Below, one piece after another: positions 39,395 to 50,247 of a DNA stretch of 64,000 nt; position 1 is the stretch's first letter; the number at the start of each line of letters is the position of its first letter. Under the pieces are notes generated by a model. That model saw only the letters and a list, made by a program, of their open reading frames with translations. It was not told where the DNA came from and searched no databases. The DNA comes from an uncultured Porphyromonas sp. (lineage in GTDB: Bacteria > Bacteroidota > Bacteroidia > Bacteroidales > Porphyromonadaceae). Made by a program: the position numbers and the translations under genes. The stretch lies in assembly GCF_905372525.1 (NCBI RefSeq), contig NZ_CAJPPN010000005.1:4190-68189 (forward strand). The letters are read 5' to 3'.

Positions 39395-40322
39395 AGACCA
39401 GCGTCCCACGCTCATCGTACTCCTAGGCCCTACGGGCGTAGGGAAGACATCCCTAGGGGTGCAGCTCGCCCTCCAGCTAGGCTGTAGCATCCTCTCGGCG
39501 GACTCCCGACAGATCTATCGTGAGCTACCTATAGGCACAGCAGCCCCGACTCCAGAGGAGCGGGCTGCTGTGCCTCATTACTTCGTAGGGACACACAGTG
39601 TCACCGAGGGCTATAGCGCAGCCAGCTACGAGGCCGATGTGCTGTGTCTACTCGAGGGACTCTTTGTAGATCATCCCATCCAGCTCCTCTCGGGAGGCTC
39701 GATGATGTACATAGACGCTGTATGCCGGGGTATCGATGAGATACCTGATGTGGATCCTGCTATCCGCACGGAGGTCTGGCATCGCTATGAGATGCAGGGG
39801 CTAGCCCCTATTCTCTCCGAGCTGGAGCACCTTGACCCTAGGTACTATGCTACAGTAGATCATCAGAACTATAAGCGTGTCCTACACGGCTACGAGGTCT
39901 GCCTCTCGACGGGAAGGCCCTTCTCCTCCTTCCATACAGGGCAGGCGAAGCATCGTCCTTTCGATATGATCAAGATAGGCTTAACCCGAGAGCGTGAGGA
40001 GCTCTATGCCCGCATCGATGAGCGAGTACTCCAGATGATGTCGCTGGGGCTGGAGGCTGAGGCTCGTGCGGTCTATCCCCATCGTCACCTCAATGCGCTC
40101 AATACGGTGGGCTATAAGGAGCTCTTTGCCTACTTCGACGGCATGATCTCCCTCGAGGAGGCTATCCGTCTCATCCAGCGCAACAGCCGCCATTATGCCC
40201 GTAAGCAACTCACCTGGTGGAAGCGTGACCCCGAGGTGCACTGGTATCACCCCGAGGATATAGAGGGTATAGAGAATGCCCTCGGGAGACATGCCTACTT
40301 GTATAGGGGAGAGTGGGGCTAA
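39375..40322 (+). CDS. miaA: tRNA dimethylallyltransferase
   Basis: GPTGVGKT, SADSRQIY, IGTA, GYKE, RHYARKQLTW; start set at in-frame ATG 39375. Confidence 0.94.
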   Translation: MQRASTRDQRPTLIVLLGPTGVGKTSLGVQLALQLGCSILSADSRQIYRELPIGTAAPTPEERAAVPHYFVGTHSVTEGYSAASYEADVLCLLEGLFVDHPIQLLSGGSMMYIDAVCRGIDEIPDVDPAIRTEVWHRYEMQGLAPILSELEHLDPRYYATVDHQNYKRVLHGYEVCLSTGRPFSSFHTGQAKHRPFDMIKIGLTREREELYARIDERVLQMMSLGLEAEARAVYPHRHLNALNTVGYKELFAYFDGMISLEEAIRLIQRNSRHYARKQLTWWKRDPEVHWYHPEDIEGIENALGRHAYLYRGEWG

Positions 40323-40608
40323 GACTCCGTATCTCAGGCAGTGGTGTAAAAATGGAATGCCAATAAGTGGAGTCTAGTGGTCACTTTAGGGTGAAAGGAG
40401 GGGGAGACCTATGATTTTACGACAGAGAGGGAAAATAATTTGCTTAGGTGTACTTAATTCCTTAGCTTTGTGTCGCATATTTAGTAGATGCAATAGATTG
40501 TCGGCGTAGGACGGCCTTGATCACAGGTAACGGTGCTATCATAACCATACTCTCACAGTAGTGCTGAGGCTCGTGCCACAATGACACACATCAGATATAT
40601 AAAGAACT

Positions 40609-42471
40609 ATGGACGAACAGAAAGCGGTCAAAACGCTCAAAGACATCGTCATTCGATTCTCTGGAGACTCGGGTGATGGGATGCAATTGACGGGGACGAT
40701 CTTCTCTGACCTTTCCGCCATGACGGGGAACACGATCTCTACCTTCCCCGACTTCCCAGCTGAAATTCGTGCACCCCAGGGTACCCTGAGTGGGGTCTCT
40801 GGCTATCAGGTGCAGATAGGCTCTCGTGCTGTACGTACCCCAGGGGAGCGTGCAGATATCCTCGTCGCTATGAACCCCGCCGCCCTGAAGGTGAGCGTAG
40901 GGCATCTGAAGAAGGAGTCGATCATCATCATTGATACCGACTCCTTTACTACGAACGACCTACGCAAGGCTGAGTACAAGACCGATGAACCCTTTGAGGA
41001 ACTAGGCCTCAAGACCCAGCAGGTCATCCCTGCCCCTATCTCCTCGATCGTGAAGGAGGGGCTGAAGGACTTCGGACTAGATGCTAAGTCAGCCCTCCGA
41101 TGCAAGAATATGTTTGCCCTCGGACTGATCTGCTGGCTCTGCGATCGCCCTCTGGGTCCTGCTGAGCAGTTCCTCGAGAGGAAGTTTGGCAAGAAGCCCC
41201 TCCTGCGGGACGCCAATATTGCCTCGCTCAACCATGGCTACGACTTCGGGCATAATACCCATGCCTCGGCGAGTATCTTCCGTATCGAGACGCAAAAGCC
41301 TACCCCAGGGCGCTATCTCGATATCAATGGGAACAAGGCTACGGCCTATGGGCTCATCGCTGCCGCTGAGCGCTCTGGACTAGAGCTCTTCCTCGGGAGC
41401 TACCCGATCACCCCAGCGACGGACATCCTCCACGAGCTAGCTAAGCACAAGGCTCTTGGGGTCAAGACCGTGCAGGCCGAGGATGAGATCGCAGGGATCT
41501 GTACGGCTATCGGTGCTGCCTTCGCTGGAGACCTGGCTGTGACGACGACCTCGGGCCCTGGGCTGGCACTAAAGGGCGAGGCTACAGGTCTGGCTGTGAT
41601 GGCTGAGATCCCACTAGTGATCATAGATGTACAGCGAGGTGGTCCCTCGACGGGTCTCCCGACCAAGAGCGAGCAGACGGACCTCATGCAGGCTCTCTAC
41701 GGGCGCAATGGTGAGGCCCCTATGCCAGTCGTCGCCGCTACGACCCCCGATACCTGCTTCCTCTATGCCTACTGGGCAGCCAAGATCGCCGTCGAGCATA
41801 TGACTCCCGTCGTCCTACTCACGGACTCCTTCATCGCTAATGGCTCCTCGGCTTGGCGTATCCCTGACCTGAAGAGCCTCCCTGCGATCGAACCAAACTA
41901 CGTCTCCAAGCTCCCCGAGGGGGTGACAGCAGAGAACTGGAAGCCCTACTATCGCAACGAGGAGACCAAGGTGCGCTACTGGGCTATCCCAGGGACTCCA
42001 GGCTTCGAGCACCGCTTAGGTGGACTGGAGAAGAACTATACGACGAGTGCCATCAGCACCGATGCTGCTAACCATGCACTCATGGTCAAGACTCGTCAGG
42101 AGAAGATAGACTATATCGCTAACTGTATCCCTCTACTCGAGGTCGAAGGCGATCAGGATGCCGAGCTCCTCGTCGTGGGCTGGGGTGGAACCTACGGGCA
42201 CCTCTACGAGGCTACACACAAGGTACGTGAGCGTGGATACAAGATTGCCCATCTGCACTTCAGCTTCATCAATCCGCTCCCACGGAATACCGAGGAGCTC
42301 CTGCGCCGCTACAAGAAGGTCATCATCGCCGAGCAGAATAGTGGCCAGTTCGCCCGCTACCTACGTGGTATCATCTCTGACTTCCACCCACGGCAGTATA
42401 ATGAAGTCACGGGTCAGCCCTTTGTGCTCTCCCATCTAGTAGAAGAATTCATTAACCTTATCGAGGAATAA
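40609..42471 (+). CDS. 2-oxoacid:ferredoxin oxidoreductase, alpha (gamma-alpha fused) subunit
   Basis: GDSGDGMQ, FPAEIRAP, YPITP, QAEDEI, TSGPG, QRGGPSTGLPTK. Confidence 0.93.
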   Translation: MDEQKAVKTLKDIVIRFSGDSGDGMQLTGTIFSDLSAMTGNTISTFPDFPAEIRAPQGTLSGVSGYQVQIGSRAVRTPGERADILVAMNPAALKVSVGHLKKESIIIIDTDSFTTNDLRKAEYKTDEPFEELGLKTQQVIPAPISSIVKEGLKDFGLDAKSALRCKNMFALGLICWLCDRPLGPAEQFLERKFGKKPLLRDANIASLNHGYDFGHNTHASASIFRIETQKPTPGRYLDINGNKATAYGLIAAAERSGLELFLGSYPITPATDILHELAKHKALGVKTVQAEDEIAGICTAIGAAFAGDLAVTTTSGPGLALKGEATGLAVMAEIPLVIIDVQRGGPSTGLPTKSEQTDLMQALYGRNGEAPMPVVAATTPDTCFLYAYWAAKIAVEHMTPVVLLTDSFIANGSSAWRIPDLKSLPAIEPNYVSKLPEGVTAENWKPYYRNEETKVRYWAIPGTPGFEHRLGGLEKNYTTSAISTDAANHALMVKTRQEKIDYIANCIPLLEVEGDQDAELLVVGWGGTYGHLYEATHKVRERGYKIAHLHFSFINPLPRNTEELLRRYKKVIIAEQNSGQFARYLRGIISDFHPRQYNEVTGQPFVLSHLVEEFINLIEE

Positions 42472-42476
42472 CAGCG

Positions 42477-43523
42477 ATGGATACGAATGTTAGTGGCGTG
42501 AAGCTAGACGCCAAGAGCTTTAAGAGTGACCAATACGTACGCTGGTGTCCGGGCTGTGGAGACCACGGAGTGCTCGCCACGCTACAGAAGGCGATGGCAG
42601 ACCTAGGTATCCCTACGGAGAAGACTGCGGTCATCTCGGGTATCGGATGCTCCTCCCGCCTGCCCTACTACGTGAATGCCTATGGCTTCCATACGATCCA
42701 TGGTCGTGCAGCAGCGATCGCTACGGGGATGAAGACCGCCCGTCCAGACCTCTGCGTCTGGGTCGCTACCGGAGATGGTGATAGCCTCGCTATCGGGGGG
42801 AACCACTTCATCCATGCAGTCCGCCGAAATATTGACTTGAACTTTGTCCTTTTCAACAACCGTATCTACGGGCTCACGAAGGGGCAGTACTCGCCGACCT
42901 CGGCACGTGGCTTTGTCTCCAAGAGCTCGCCCTATGGTACGGTAGAGGATCCATTTATCCCCGCAGAGCTATGCTTTGGGGCACGAGGACGCTTCTTCGC
43001 TCGCTCGCTAGACGTCGATATGAAGCTCCTCGGGCAGTGTATGCTGGAGTGTGCTAAGCACAAGGGGGCTGCGATCGTCGAGGTGCTGGTGAACTGTGTG
43101 ATCTTCAACGATGGTGTCCACAAGGGGGTCTCGCAGCGTGAGGTACGTGACGACCGCTCCGTCGTACTCCGACACGGCGAGAAGATGATCTTCGGTAAGG
43201 AGAAAAATAAGGGGATCGTCCTAGATGGTCTCCGGCTCAAGGCTGTAACGATCGGGGAGGATGGCTACACTCTGGATGATGTCCTCACCCATGATGCTCA
43301 TGAGGCTGACCCCACCCTGCACACGATGCTCGCGATGATGGGGACGAGTGAGGAGAGTGATCTCCCTGTTGCCTTTGGGGTAATCCGAGATGTCGAGGGG
43401 ATTAGCTACGATGAAGCCGTCGCCCAGCAAATCGAGGAAGTGAAGGCTCAGAAGCCTGGTATCCGCTCGCTCGAGGATGTACTCATGAAGGATCCCTACT
43501 GGGAAGTCAAGGCTGAAGATTAG
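42477..43523 (+). CDS. 2-oxoacid:ferredoxin oxidoreductase, beta subunit
   Basis: WCPGCGD, SGIGCSSR, HGRA, TPP motif GDGD...NN, YGLTKGQYSPT. Confidence 0.93.
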   Translation: MDTNVSGVKLDAKSFKSDQYVRWCPGCGDHGVLATLQKAMADLGIPTEKTAVISGIGCSSRLPYYVNAYGFHTIHGRAAAIATGMKTARPDLCVWVATGDGDSLAIGGNHFIHAVRRNIDLNFVLFNNRIYGLTKGQYSPTSARGFVSKSSPYGTVEDPFIPAELCFGARGRFFARSLDVDMKLLGQCMLECAKHKGAAIVEVLVNCVIFNDGVHKGVSQREVRDDRSVVLRHGEKMIFGKEKNKGIVLDGLRLKAVTIGEDGYTLDDVLTHDAHEADPTLHTMLAMMGTSEESDLPVAFGVIRDVEGISYDEAVAQQIEEVKAQKPGIRSLEDVLMKDPYWEVKAED

Positions 43524-43564
43524 CATAACATAGCTTGGCCTTACCCTACACGTCTAGGGTATCT

Positions 43565-43602
43565 GGGGCGCATTATAGTCTCGGCTATAGTGCGCCCCTT
43601 TT
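43565..43602 (+). terminator. Intrinsic terminator
   Basis: GGGGCGCATTATAG...CTATAGTGCGCCCC followed by TTTT. Confidence 0.8.
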
Positions 43603-43790
43603 CTTAGGAGGCTCATATAGAGGAGTTAGGAGTAAGGGAGCTAGGCTGGTATGCATGTCCTCGGCCTATATAAGAGGGCTTTTTCGTATTTTTGAGTGTG
43701 TCAAGGCCTCCCTATCACAGAGCCAATAAAGGCGAGATCAGGGACGTTGTACACATATAGACTGCCACATGGAGCATCATACAGAGAGCG

Positions 43791-45017
43791 ATGGAGACGA
43801 TTAGACAGATATTTAGGATAGGGCGAGGCCCGAGTAGTAGCCATACGATGGGGCCACGGCGAGCTGCTGAGCAGTTTGTCGCTCGCTGTCCCTCTGCCTC
43901 TAGCTACGAGGTGACTCTCTATGGTAGCCTCGCAGCTACGGGGAAGGGACACATGACAGATGTGGCTATCCTAGAGACACTCACACCGATAGCTCCTACA
44001 GAGATCATTTGGAAGCCCGATATTGTTCTCCCCTTCCATCCCAATGGTATGGAGTTCAAGGCTTATGGTGCTGATGGTCGTATCCTCGATACCTACACGG
44101 TCTATAGTATAGGTGGTGGGACGCTTGCCAACGAAGACTTCAACGAACAGCACTCCGCCGAGATCTATCCCCAGCACAGGATCCTGGACATCATGCACGT
44201 CCTACACGAGCAGGATATGACCTACTGGGAGTATGTGGAGCACTATGAGGGCGAGGATATCTGGGACTTCCTGGCTGAGATCTGGGAGGTCATGAAGGAG
44301 GCTGTCCACTCAGGCCTTCAGGCTGAGGGTGTACTCCCGGGGGGCCTTGGTCTCCGGCGCAAGGCTGCGACCTACAAGGTCAAGGCTGAGGGCTATGGCT
44401 CTGCCAGTATCAAGAATAGAGGCCTAGTCTATGCCTACGCTCTCGCAGTCAGCGAGCACAATGCCTCGGGCGGGCGTGTCGTTACTGCACCTACCTGTGG
44501 GAGCTGTGGCGTCGTCCCTGCGGTGCTCTACCACCTCAAGATGAGTCGGGACTTCCCTGATCGTAGTATCCTGAGGGCTCTAGCTACTGCTGGACTCTTC
44601 GCCAATGTTGTCCGGACCAATGCCTCTATCTCGGGGGCTGAGGTTGGGTGTCAGGGTGAGATCGGGGTGGCGTGTGCTATGGGGGCAGCAGCAGCTAGCC
44701 AGCTCTTCGGTGGCTCTAATCTACAGATCGAGTACTCGGCAGAGATGGCACTAGAGCATCACCTAGGGCTGACCTGTGACCCTGTATGTGGTCTGGTGCA
44801 GATACCTTGTATTGAGCGCAATGCCTTCGCGGCGGCTCGTGCACTAGATGCGAATACCTATGGTACGTTCAGTGATGGACGTCATCGTGTGAGCTTCGAC
44901 CAAGTCGTGGAGGTGATGCGCAAGACTGGGCATGACCTGCCAAGTCTCTATCGTGAGACCTCCACAGGAGGATTAGCCACAGAGTACTCCCTGAAGACGC
45001 CACCCCACCCATGGTAG
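43791..45017 (+). CDS. sdaA: L-serine ammonia-lyase (Fe-S dependent, single chain)
   Basis: GPSSSHT, LYGSLAATGKGH, TAPTCG, GCQGE, GLTCDPV.GLVQIPCIERN. Confidence 0.92.
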   Translation: METIRQIFRIGRGPSSSHTMGPRRAAEQFVARCPSASSYEVTLYGSLAATGKGHMTDVAILETLTPIAPTEIIWKPDIVLPFHPNGMEFKAYGADGRILDTYTVYSIGGGTLANEDFNEQHSAEIYPQHRILDIMHVLHEQDMTYWEYVEHYEGEDIWDFLAEIWEVMKEAVHSGLQAEGVLPGGLGLRRKAATYKVKAEGYGSASIKNRGLVYAYALAVSEHNASGGRVVTAPTCGSCGVVPAVLYHLKMSRDFPDRSILRALATAGLFANVVRTNASISGAEVGCQGEIGVACAMGAAAASQLFGGSNLQIEYSAEMALEHHLGLTCDPVCGLVQIPCIERNAFAAARALDANTYGTFSDGRHRVSFDQVVEVMRKTGHDLPSLYRETSTGGLATEYSLKTPPHPW

Positions 45018-45061
45018 GGACGGGTAGCCTTCAGCCCTATCTATCTTCTCTGTATCAGACT

Positions 45062-45664
45062 ATGTATCTCAGTAGATTTCTCTGCCGTATACTCACCTTT
45101 CTACTCTTCCTCTCTGGGGGCAGTGTGGGGCTTCTCGGCCAGGTCACCACTCATACGGAGCCAACTATAGAAGGCGATACGCTCGTAGAGGTGGTCCTCC
45201 CCCCCGTGAATGTCTATGCGGATCGGAGCGTGCGCCCCATGACTCCAGAGGAGCGACAGCAGCTCTGGCGACTCATACGTGATGTGAAGGTCACCTATCC
45301 CTATGCCAAGTATGTCGCAGCGACGATCATCGAGACCTATGAATACATGGAGACACTCCCAGAGAAGAGCCGAGAGGCGCACCTCAAGCTGGTCGAGAAA
45401 GATCTAAAGCGTGAGATGACTCCCAAGATGAAGAACCTTACCCTGCGTCAGGGCAAGATCCTCATCAAGCTCATCCACCGCCAGTGTGGGATGACTGGCT
45501 ATGAGCTCCTAAAGACCTTCCTCGGGGGCTTCAAGGCTTGGACCTGGCAGCTCTTTGCTCGAGTCACTGGAGCTAGCCTCAAGTCCCCCTATGACCCACT
45601 CCACAACCAGGAGGATGCCACGATCGAGCGTATCATCCATCTCTATGAGCAGCGCCGGCTCTAG
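45062..45664 (+). CDS. DUF4294-family protein
   Basis: Signal peptide, DVKVTYPYAK, QGKILIKLI.RQ, WQ..A...GASLK..YDP pattern; in-frame ATG at 45062. Confidence 0.75.
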   Translation: MYLSRFLCRILTFLLFLSGGSVGLLGQVTTHTEPTIEGDTLVEVVLPPVNVYADRSVRPMTPEERQQLWRLIRDVKVTYPYAKYVAATIIETYEYMETLPEKSREAHLKLVEKDLKREMTPKMKNLTLRQGKILIKLIHRQCGMTGYELLKTFLGGFKAWTWQLFARVTGASLKSPYDPLHNQEDATIERIIHLYEQRRL

Positions 45665-45732
45665 CAACCTAAGACTCATCCGATACCCTTGATACTAACT
45701 ATATAGACCCGACCCCATCGAAGACTCTCCCC

Positions 45733-47838
45733 ATGATGAAGTTCCCTACTCGCCTCCTATCTCTCGCTCTACTCCTATTCTCTGCTCTATCCGTCTGTGC
45801 GGCCTCCCGCCGCACTGCCCCGATCCGTGTAGCCTGTATCGGCAATAGCATTACCTATGGCTATCTACTCAAGAATCGTGAGCATGAGGCCTACCCCGTA
45901 GTCCTTCAGCAACTCTTGGGTTCTGGCTATCAAGTGGGCAACTTTGGGAAGTCTGGAGCTACGCTTCTTGCCCGTGGTCATCGGCCTTACATCCAGCAGG
46001 AAGAGTATCAGAAGGCTCTAGACTATCGAGCTGATATAGCTGTGATCCACCTTGGGGTCAATGATACCGATCCCCGCAACTGGCCTAACTATCGGGATGA
46101 GTTTGTCCCCGACTATCACCGCCTCATCGAGGCTCTACGTGAGGCCAACCCCAAGGTACGTATCCTCATCGCACGTACGACACCTATCGGTGTGGAGCAT
46201 CCACGCTTCGAGTCTGGTACACGAGACTGGCAGGATCAGATACAGAAGGCTATCGAGCAGGTCGCAAAGGGGGCTGATGTACAGCTTATAGACCTGCATG
46301 CACCACTCTATCCCTATCCCCACTATCTACCCGATGCTGTTCACCCAACGGCTGCGGGGGTACGGATCATAGCTCGGGAGGTCTATGGTGCGATCACAGG
46401 GGACTATGGGGGGCTGACCCTCCCTGAGATACTCTCCTCGGGCATGGTTCTGCAGCGCCGAAGGCCTCTGGAGCTAGAGGGGAGGGCTAATGCCCTAGAG
46501 TATGTCTCCCTAACATTCGGCGGATCCACCTACACGACTAGAGCAGGTAAGGATGGACGATGGAGTATCATCCTCCCTCCTCAGGAAGCGGGAGGCCCTT
46601 ACCGCATTAGCCTCGAGGCAAGGTCACGTAGCTATCAGCTAGACTCAGTCTATATAGGTGAGGTATGGCTCTGCTCGGGGCAGTCCAATATGGCGATGAT
46701 GCTACGAGAGACTGCGGATCGTGATCTGGCTGATAGCGCATACGATCCTGAGCTACGAGTCTTCGATATGAAGCCTGCTCATACGACCGATGCTGTCAGC
46801 TGGCCTGTCTCCTTCCTGGACTCACTCAATAGACTGGAATACTACCTCCCCACTCAATGGCGAGGGGTGACTCCCGAGATAGCTCGCTCGACCTCGGCCA
46901 TAGCCTATCAGTTCGCTCGGGAGCTACGAGATAGTCTACAGGTACCAGTGGGAATTATCATCAATGCGGTCGGTGGAGCACCTACCGAGGCTTGGATCGA
47001 TCGTTATACGCTGGAGCATGAGTTCCCACAGATCCTTCGCCACTGGCGTACGAATGACTTCATTATGCCGTGGGTGCGTGAGCGTGCTGCGCTCAATGTG
47101 AAGCTCCAGGATACTCCACTCACTCGTCATCCCTATGCTCCTACCTACCTCTTTGACACGGGGATAAGACCCTTGGCTCGCTTTCCTATCCAGGGGATAC
47201 TCTGGTACCAAGGGGAGTCTAATGCCCACAACATAGAGGCGCATGCACGTCTCTTCCCCCTACTTGTGACGAGTTGGAGGCAGGTCTTTAGCTTCAATAT
47301 CCCCTTCTATTACGTACAGCTCTCCTCTATGAATCGCCCTTCCTGGCCGCACTTCCGTGAAAGCCAGCGTAGGCTCATGCGCTCTGCCGAAGGGCTAGAG
47401 ATGGTCGTCTCCTCGGATCATGGTATGCCTAATGATGTACATCCACGAAATAAGCGCCCGATAGCTCACCGCCTGGCACTGCTAGCACTGCATAATGAAT
47501 ATGGCTATAGCACCCTGACCCATAGGAGCCCATGGCTAAAGGCATTATACAGGGAGGACAATAAGCTGATCCTACTCTTCGGGGGGACAGAGGAGCTGAA
47601 GACCTCTGATGGCCAGGAGCTGAGGGGCTTTGAGCTCATCGGAGAGGATGGTCTCAGCTATCCTATGCCCCCCGTTAAGCTCCGTGATGCTCGTGTCATC
47701 ATCTCGCTACCCCGCCGGATAAGCTCACAGAAGCTCCAGATACGTTATGCCTGGGAGCCCTATACCGATGCCAATCTCGTCGGGCATACGGGGCTACCCG
47801 TCTCCACCTTCTCCATCTGCGAAGGTTACTTACCCTAA
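45733..47838 (+). CDS. Sialate O-acetylesterase-like protein with two SGNH domains
   Basis: N-terminal GNSIT...GVND...DAVHP, then GEVWLCSGQSNM, WYQGESN, DVHP. Confidence 0.85.
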   Translation: MMKFPTRLLSLALLLFSALSVCAASRRTAPIRVACIGNSITYGYLLKNREHEAYPVVLQQLLGSGYQVGNFGKSGATLLARGHRPYIQQEEYQKALDYRADIAVIHLGVNDTDPRNWPNYRDEFVPDYHRLIEALREANPKVRILIARTTPIGVEHPRFESGTRDWQDQIQKAIEQVAKGADVQLIDLHAPLYPYPHYLPDAVHPTAAGVRIIAREVYGAITGDYGGLTLPEILSSGMVLQRRRPLELEGRANALEYVSLTFGGSTYTTRAGKDGRWSIILPPQEAGGPYRISLEARSRSYQLDSVYIGEVWLCSGQSNMAMMLRETADRDLADSAYDPELRVFDMKPAHTTDAVSWPVSFLDSLNRLEYYLPTQWRGVTPEIARSTSAIAYQFARELRDSLQVPVGIIINAVGGAPTEAWIDRYTLEHEFPQILRHWRTNDFIMPWVRERAALNVKLQDTPLTRHPYAPTYLFDTGIRPLARFPIQGILWYQGESNAHNIEAHARLFPLLVTSWRQVFSFNIPFYYVQLSSMNRPSWPHFRESQRRLMRSAEGLEMVVSSDHGMPNDVHPRNKRPIAHRLALLALHNEYGYSTLTHRSPWLKALYREDNKLILLFGGTEELKTSDGQELRGFELIGEDGLSYPMPPVKLRDARVIISLPRRISSQKLQIRYAWEPYTDANLVGHTGLPVSTFSICEGYLP

Positions 47839-47849
47839 GTCTCAACGAA

Positions 47850-48545
47850 ATGAAGATGAAGCTCCATTCTCTATTCCTCTCCCTCTTCGTAGCCATCCTC
47901 CTCGGCTCTTGTAGCTCACAGCCCAAGGGCTCTCGTCTCGTGATTCAGCTAGACTCACCCTCAGGAGGCGACACACTAGCTCTCGTGACTTATATAGGGC
48001 CGGATGTCCAGATCACAGATACGCTGACGAACTTCGATACCCGCCTCGAACTCTACCTAGATACGGCGCGCTTCCACTCGGTACTTGTCTCTCATGACGA
48101 GGGGCGGCGTGTACGCCTCTTTGACCTGATAGGTAAGGAGTGGCGGGAGCAAATCGCTCCAGCCCCCACCAAAGTTCATCCCTTGACCTCCGCTCCTCTC
48201 TTCTCAGGGAAGGATGCCTCGGGCAAGCAACGAGAGCTCTCGGATCTCTATCATCGTCGCTCGGTGATGCTCGTCTTTGCCTCCCCCGAGGGACTTTCCT
48301 CGCTGACGAAGCAGGAGCAGACGAGCCTTAGAGCTGGAGCTAAGCCAGACAGCCTCTACTTTGTCTTCATGATGCCGACCCTCTCGGATAGTACGGCACG
48401 CTCCCAGCTGAGACGAGATAGTCTGGAGGGGATCGCTTTCTCTGATAGCCTTGGGCTCGTGAGTCGTGTCCGACAGCTCTACGGGGTACAGGGGCAGGCT
48501 GGCGTCGTCCGCTTTCGTATCGATAGTCTAGGGAAGATTAGATAG
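47850..48545 (+). CDS. Hypothetical lipoprotein, possible degenerate thioredoxin-like C-terminal fold
   Basis: Lipobox LLGSC; APLFSGKD..GK...LSD and YGV...IDSLGKI resemble TlpA/AhpC termini but there is no CxxC. Confidence 0.55.
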   Translation: MKMKLHSLFLSLFVAILLGSCSSQPKGSRLVIQLDSPSGGDTLALVTYIGPDVQITDTLTNFDTRLELYLDTARFHSVLVSHDEGRRVRLFDLIGKEWREQIAPAPTKVHPLTSAPLFSGKDASGKQRELSDLYHRRSVMLVFASPEGLSSLTKQEQTSLRAGAKPDSLYFVFMMPTLSDSTARSQLRRDSLEGIAFSDSLGLVSRVRQLYGVQGQAGVVRFRIDSLGKIR

Positions 48546-48583
48546 TCCCAGCTGCGGGCACAGAAACCACGAATATACACACT

Positions 48584-50125
48584 ATGCTTATCAAGACATA
48601 CGCCGCTGCGCTACAGAGTATACAGGCACGAACGGTCACAGTAGAGGTCAACTGTACACCAGGCTCTTACTTCCAGCTCGTGGGGCTACCCGATGCTGCT
48701 ATCAAGGAGAGCCAGGATCGTATCATCTCCGCTATCGAGAGCTGTGGCTATAAGTTCCCCGGCAAGCGTATCGTGATCAATATGAGCCCTGCAGACCTGC
48801 GTAAGGAAGGGGCAGCCTATGACCTCCCGCTTGCCATCGGGCTCTTGGCCGCTGATGGGCAGATCCCTGCTGATCTGCTAGATCGTTACCTGATTATGGG
48901 GGAGCTCTCGCTTGATGGGAGTGTACGTGCTATACGAGGGGCATTGCCTATCGCCATACAGGCTCGTAGCGAGGGCTTCGAGGGTTTTATCCTCCCTGCC
49001 CCCAACGCTCGGGAAGCCGCTGTGGTGAACCAACTCAAGGTCTACGCTGCACGCACCCTACGAGAGGTCATCGATATGCTCTCGGGACAGTCTCAGCTCC
49101 CACTGGTGGAGGTCGATACCCGGTGCGAGTTCTACGAGGCTCAGGGGGGAAGCCCCTTCGACTTCGCTGAGGTACGAGGCCAAGAGACGGTCAAGCGTGC
49201 CCTAGAGGTAGCTGCGGCTGGGGGGCACAATCTCCTGATGATCGGTGCCCCTGGTAGTGGCAAGTCGATGATGGCCAAGCGTCTGTCTGGTATCCTCCCT
49301 CCCTTCACTCTACGTGAGTCCCTAGAGACAACGAAGATTTACTCCGTAGCGGGGAAGCTGGGCAAGGACGTGACCTTGCTGACTACTCGCCCTTTCCGGG
49401 CTCCTCATCATTCTATCTCTCCCGCAGCTCTAGTCGGTGGGGGGAGCTCGCCTCAACCTGGGGAGATAAGTCTAGCACACAATGGGGTGCTCTTCCTCGA
49501 TGAGCTCCCAGAGTTCAACCGCAACGTGCTAGAGGTCATGCGCCAGCCCCTAGAGGAGCGAATGGTCACGGTCGCACGGTCGCGCTTCACTGTGGACTAC
49601 CCTGCGAGCTTTATGCTGATCGCTGCAATGAACCCTTGTCCCTGTGGCTACTACAATCATCCTACTCGTCACTGTGAGTGTACCCCGCAGCAGGTGCAAC
49701 GCTACCTCGGGAAGGTCTCCGGTCCACTCCTAGATCGTATAGATATCCAGGTGGAGATCACCCCCGTACCCTTCGAGAAGCTCTCAGGCCAAGAGCCTGC
49801 AGAGTGTAGTGCCGATATTCGTCGACGTGTGATGGCTGCTCGGGAGCTCCAAAACCAGCGCTTCGCTTGTACCCCAGGGGTATACTGCAATGCCCAGATG
49901 ACTCCAGCGCTGATGCAGACCTTCGCCCGCCCTGATGCCGAGGGGCTGATTCGCCTTCGGACGGCTATGGAGCGACTAGATCTGTCGGCTCGTGCCTACG
50001 ACCGCATACTGAAGGTTGCCCGTACCATAGCTGACTTAGCAGGGGAGGAGTCTATCCACAAGGAGCACATCGCCGAGGCTATCCATTATCGCAGTCTAGA
50101 CCGTAGCTCTTGGGGACAGAAGTAA
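48584..50125 (+). CDS. comM: YifB/ComM Mg-chelatase-like AAA+ ATPase
   Basis: VGLPD, PADLRKEG..YDLP, GAPGSGKS, PFRAPHH, AHNGVLFLDE, MNPCPCG, SARAYDRILKVARTIADL. Confidence 0.9.
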   Translation: MLIKTYAAALQSIQARTVTVEVNCTPGSYFQLVGLPDAAIKESQDRIISAIESCGYKFPGKRIVINMSPADLRKEGAAYDLPLAIGLLAADGQIPADLLDRYLIMGELSLDGSVRAIRGALPIAIQARSEGFEGFILPAPNAREAAVVNQLKVYAARTLREVIDMLSGQSQLPLVEVDTRCEFYEAQGGSPFDFAEVRGQETVKRALEVAAAGGHNLLMIGAPGSGKSMMAKRLSGILPPFTLRESLETTKIYSVAGKLGKDVTLLTTRPFRAPHHSISPAALVGGGSSPQPGEISLAHNGVLFLDELPEFNRNVLEVMRQPLEERMVTVARSRFTVDYPASFMLIAAMNPCPCGYYNHPTRHCECTPQQVQRYLGKVSGPLLDRIDIQVEITPVPFEKLSGQEPAECSADIRRRVMAARELQNQRFACTPGVYCNAQMTPALMQTFARPDAEGLIRLRTAMERLDLSARAYDRILKVARTIADLAGEESIHKEHIAEAIHYRSLDRSSWGQK

Positions 50126-50157
50126 TCCCCCTAATATCCACTCTGTACTATCCTTAC

Positions 50158-50213
50158 AAATAGTCTCAGCCCCTAAGCTAGTACGTGCTTGCTTAGGGGC
50201 TGAGACTATTTTT
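50158..50213. terminator. Bidirectional intrinsic terminator
   Basis: AAATAGTCTCAGCCCCTAAGC...GCTTAGGGGCTGAGACTATTTTT between convergent genes. Confidence 0.85.
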
Positions 50214-50247
50214 GTGGGGCAAGGGTCTTTGCTTGCCCTCCCTATGA

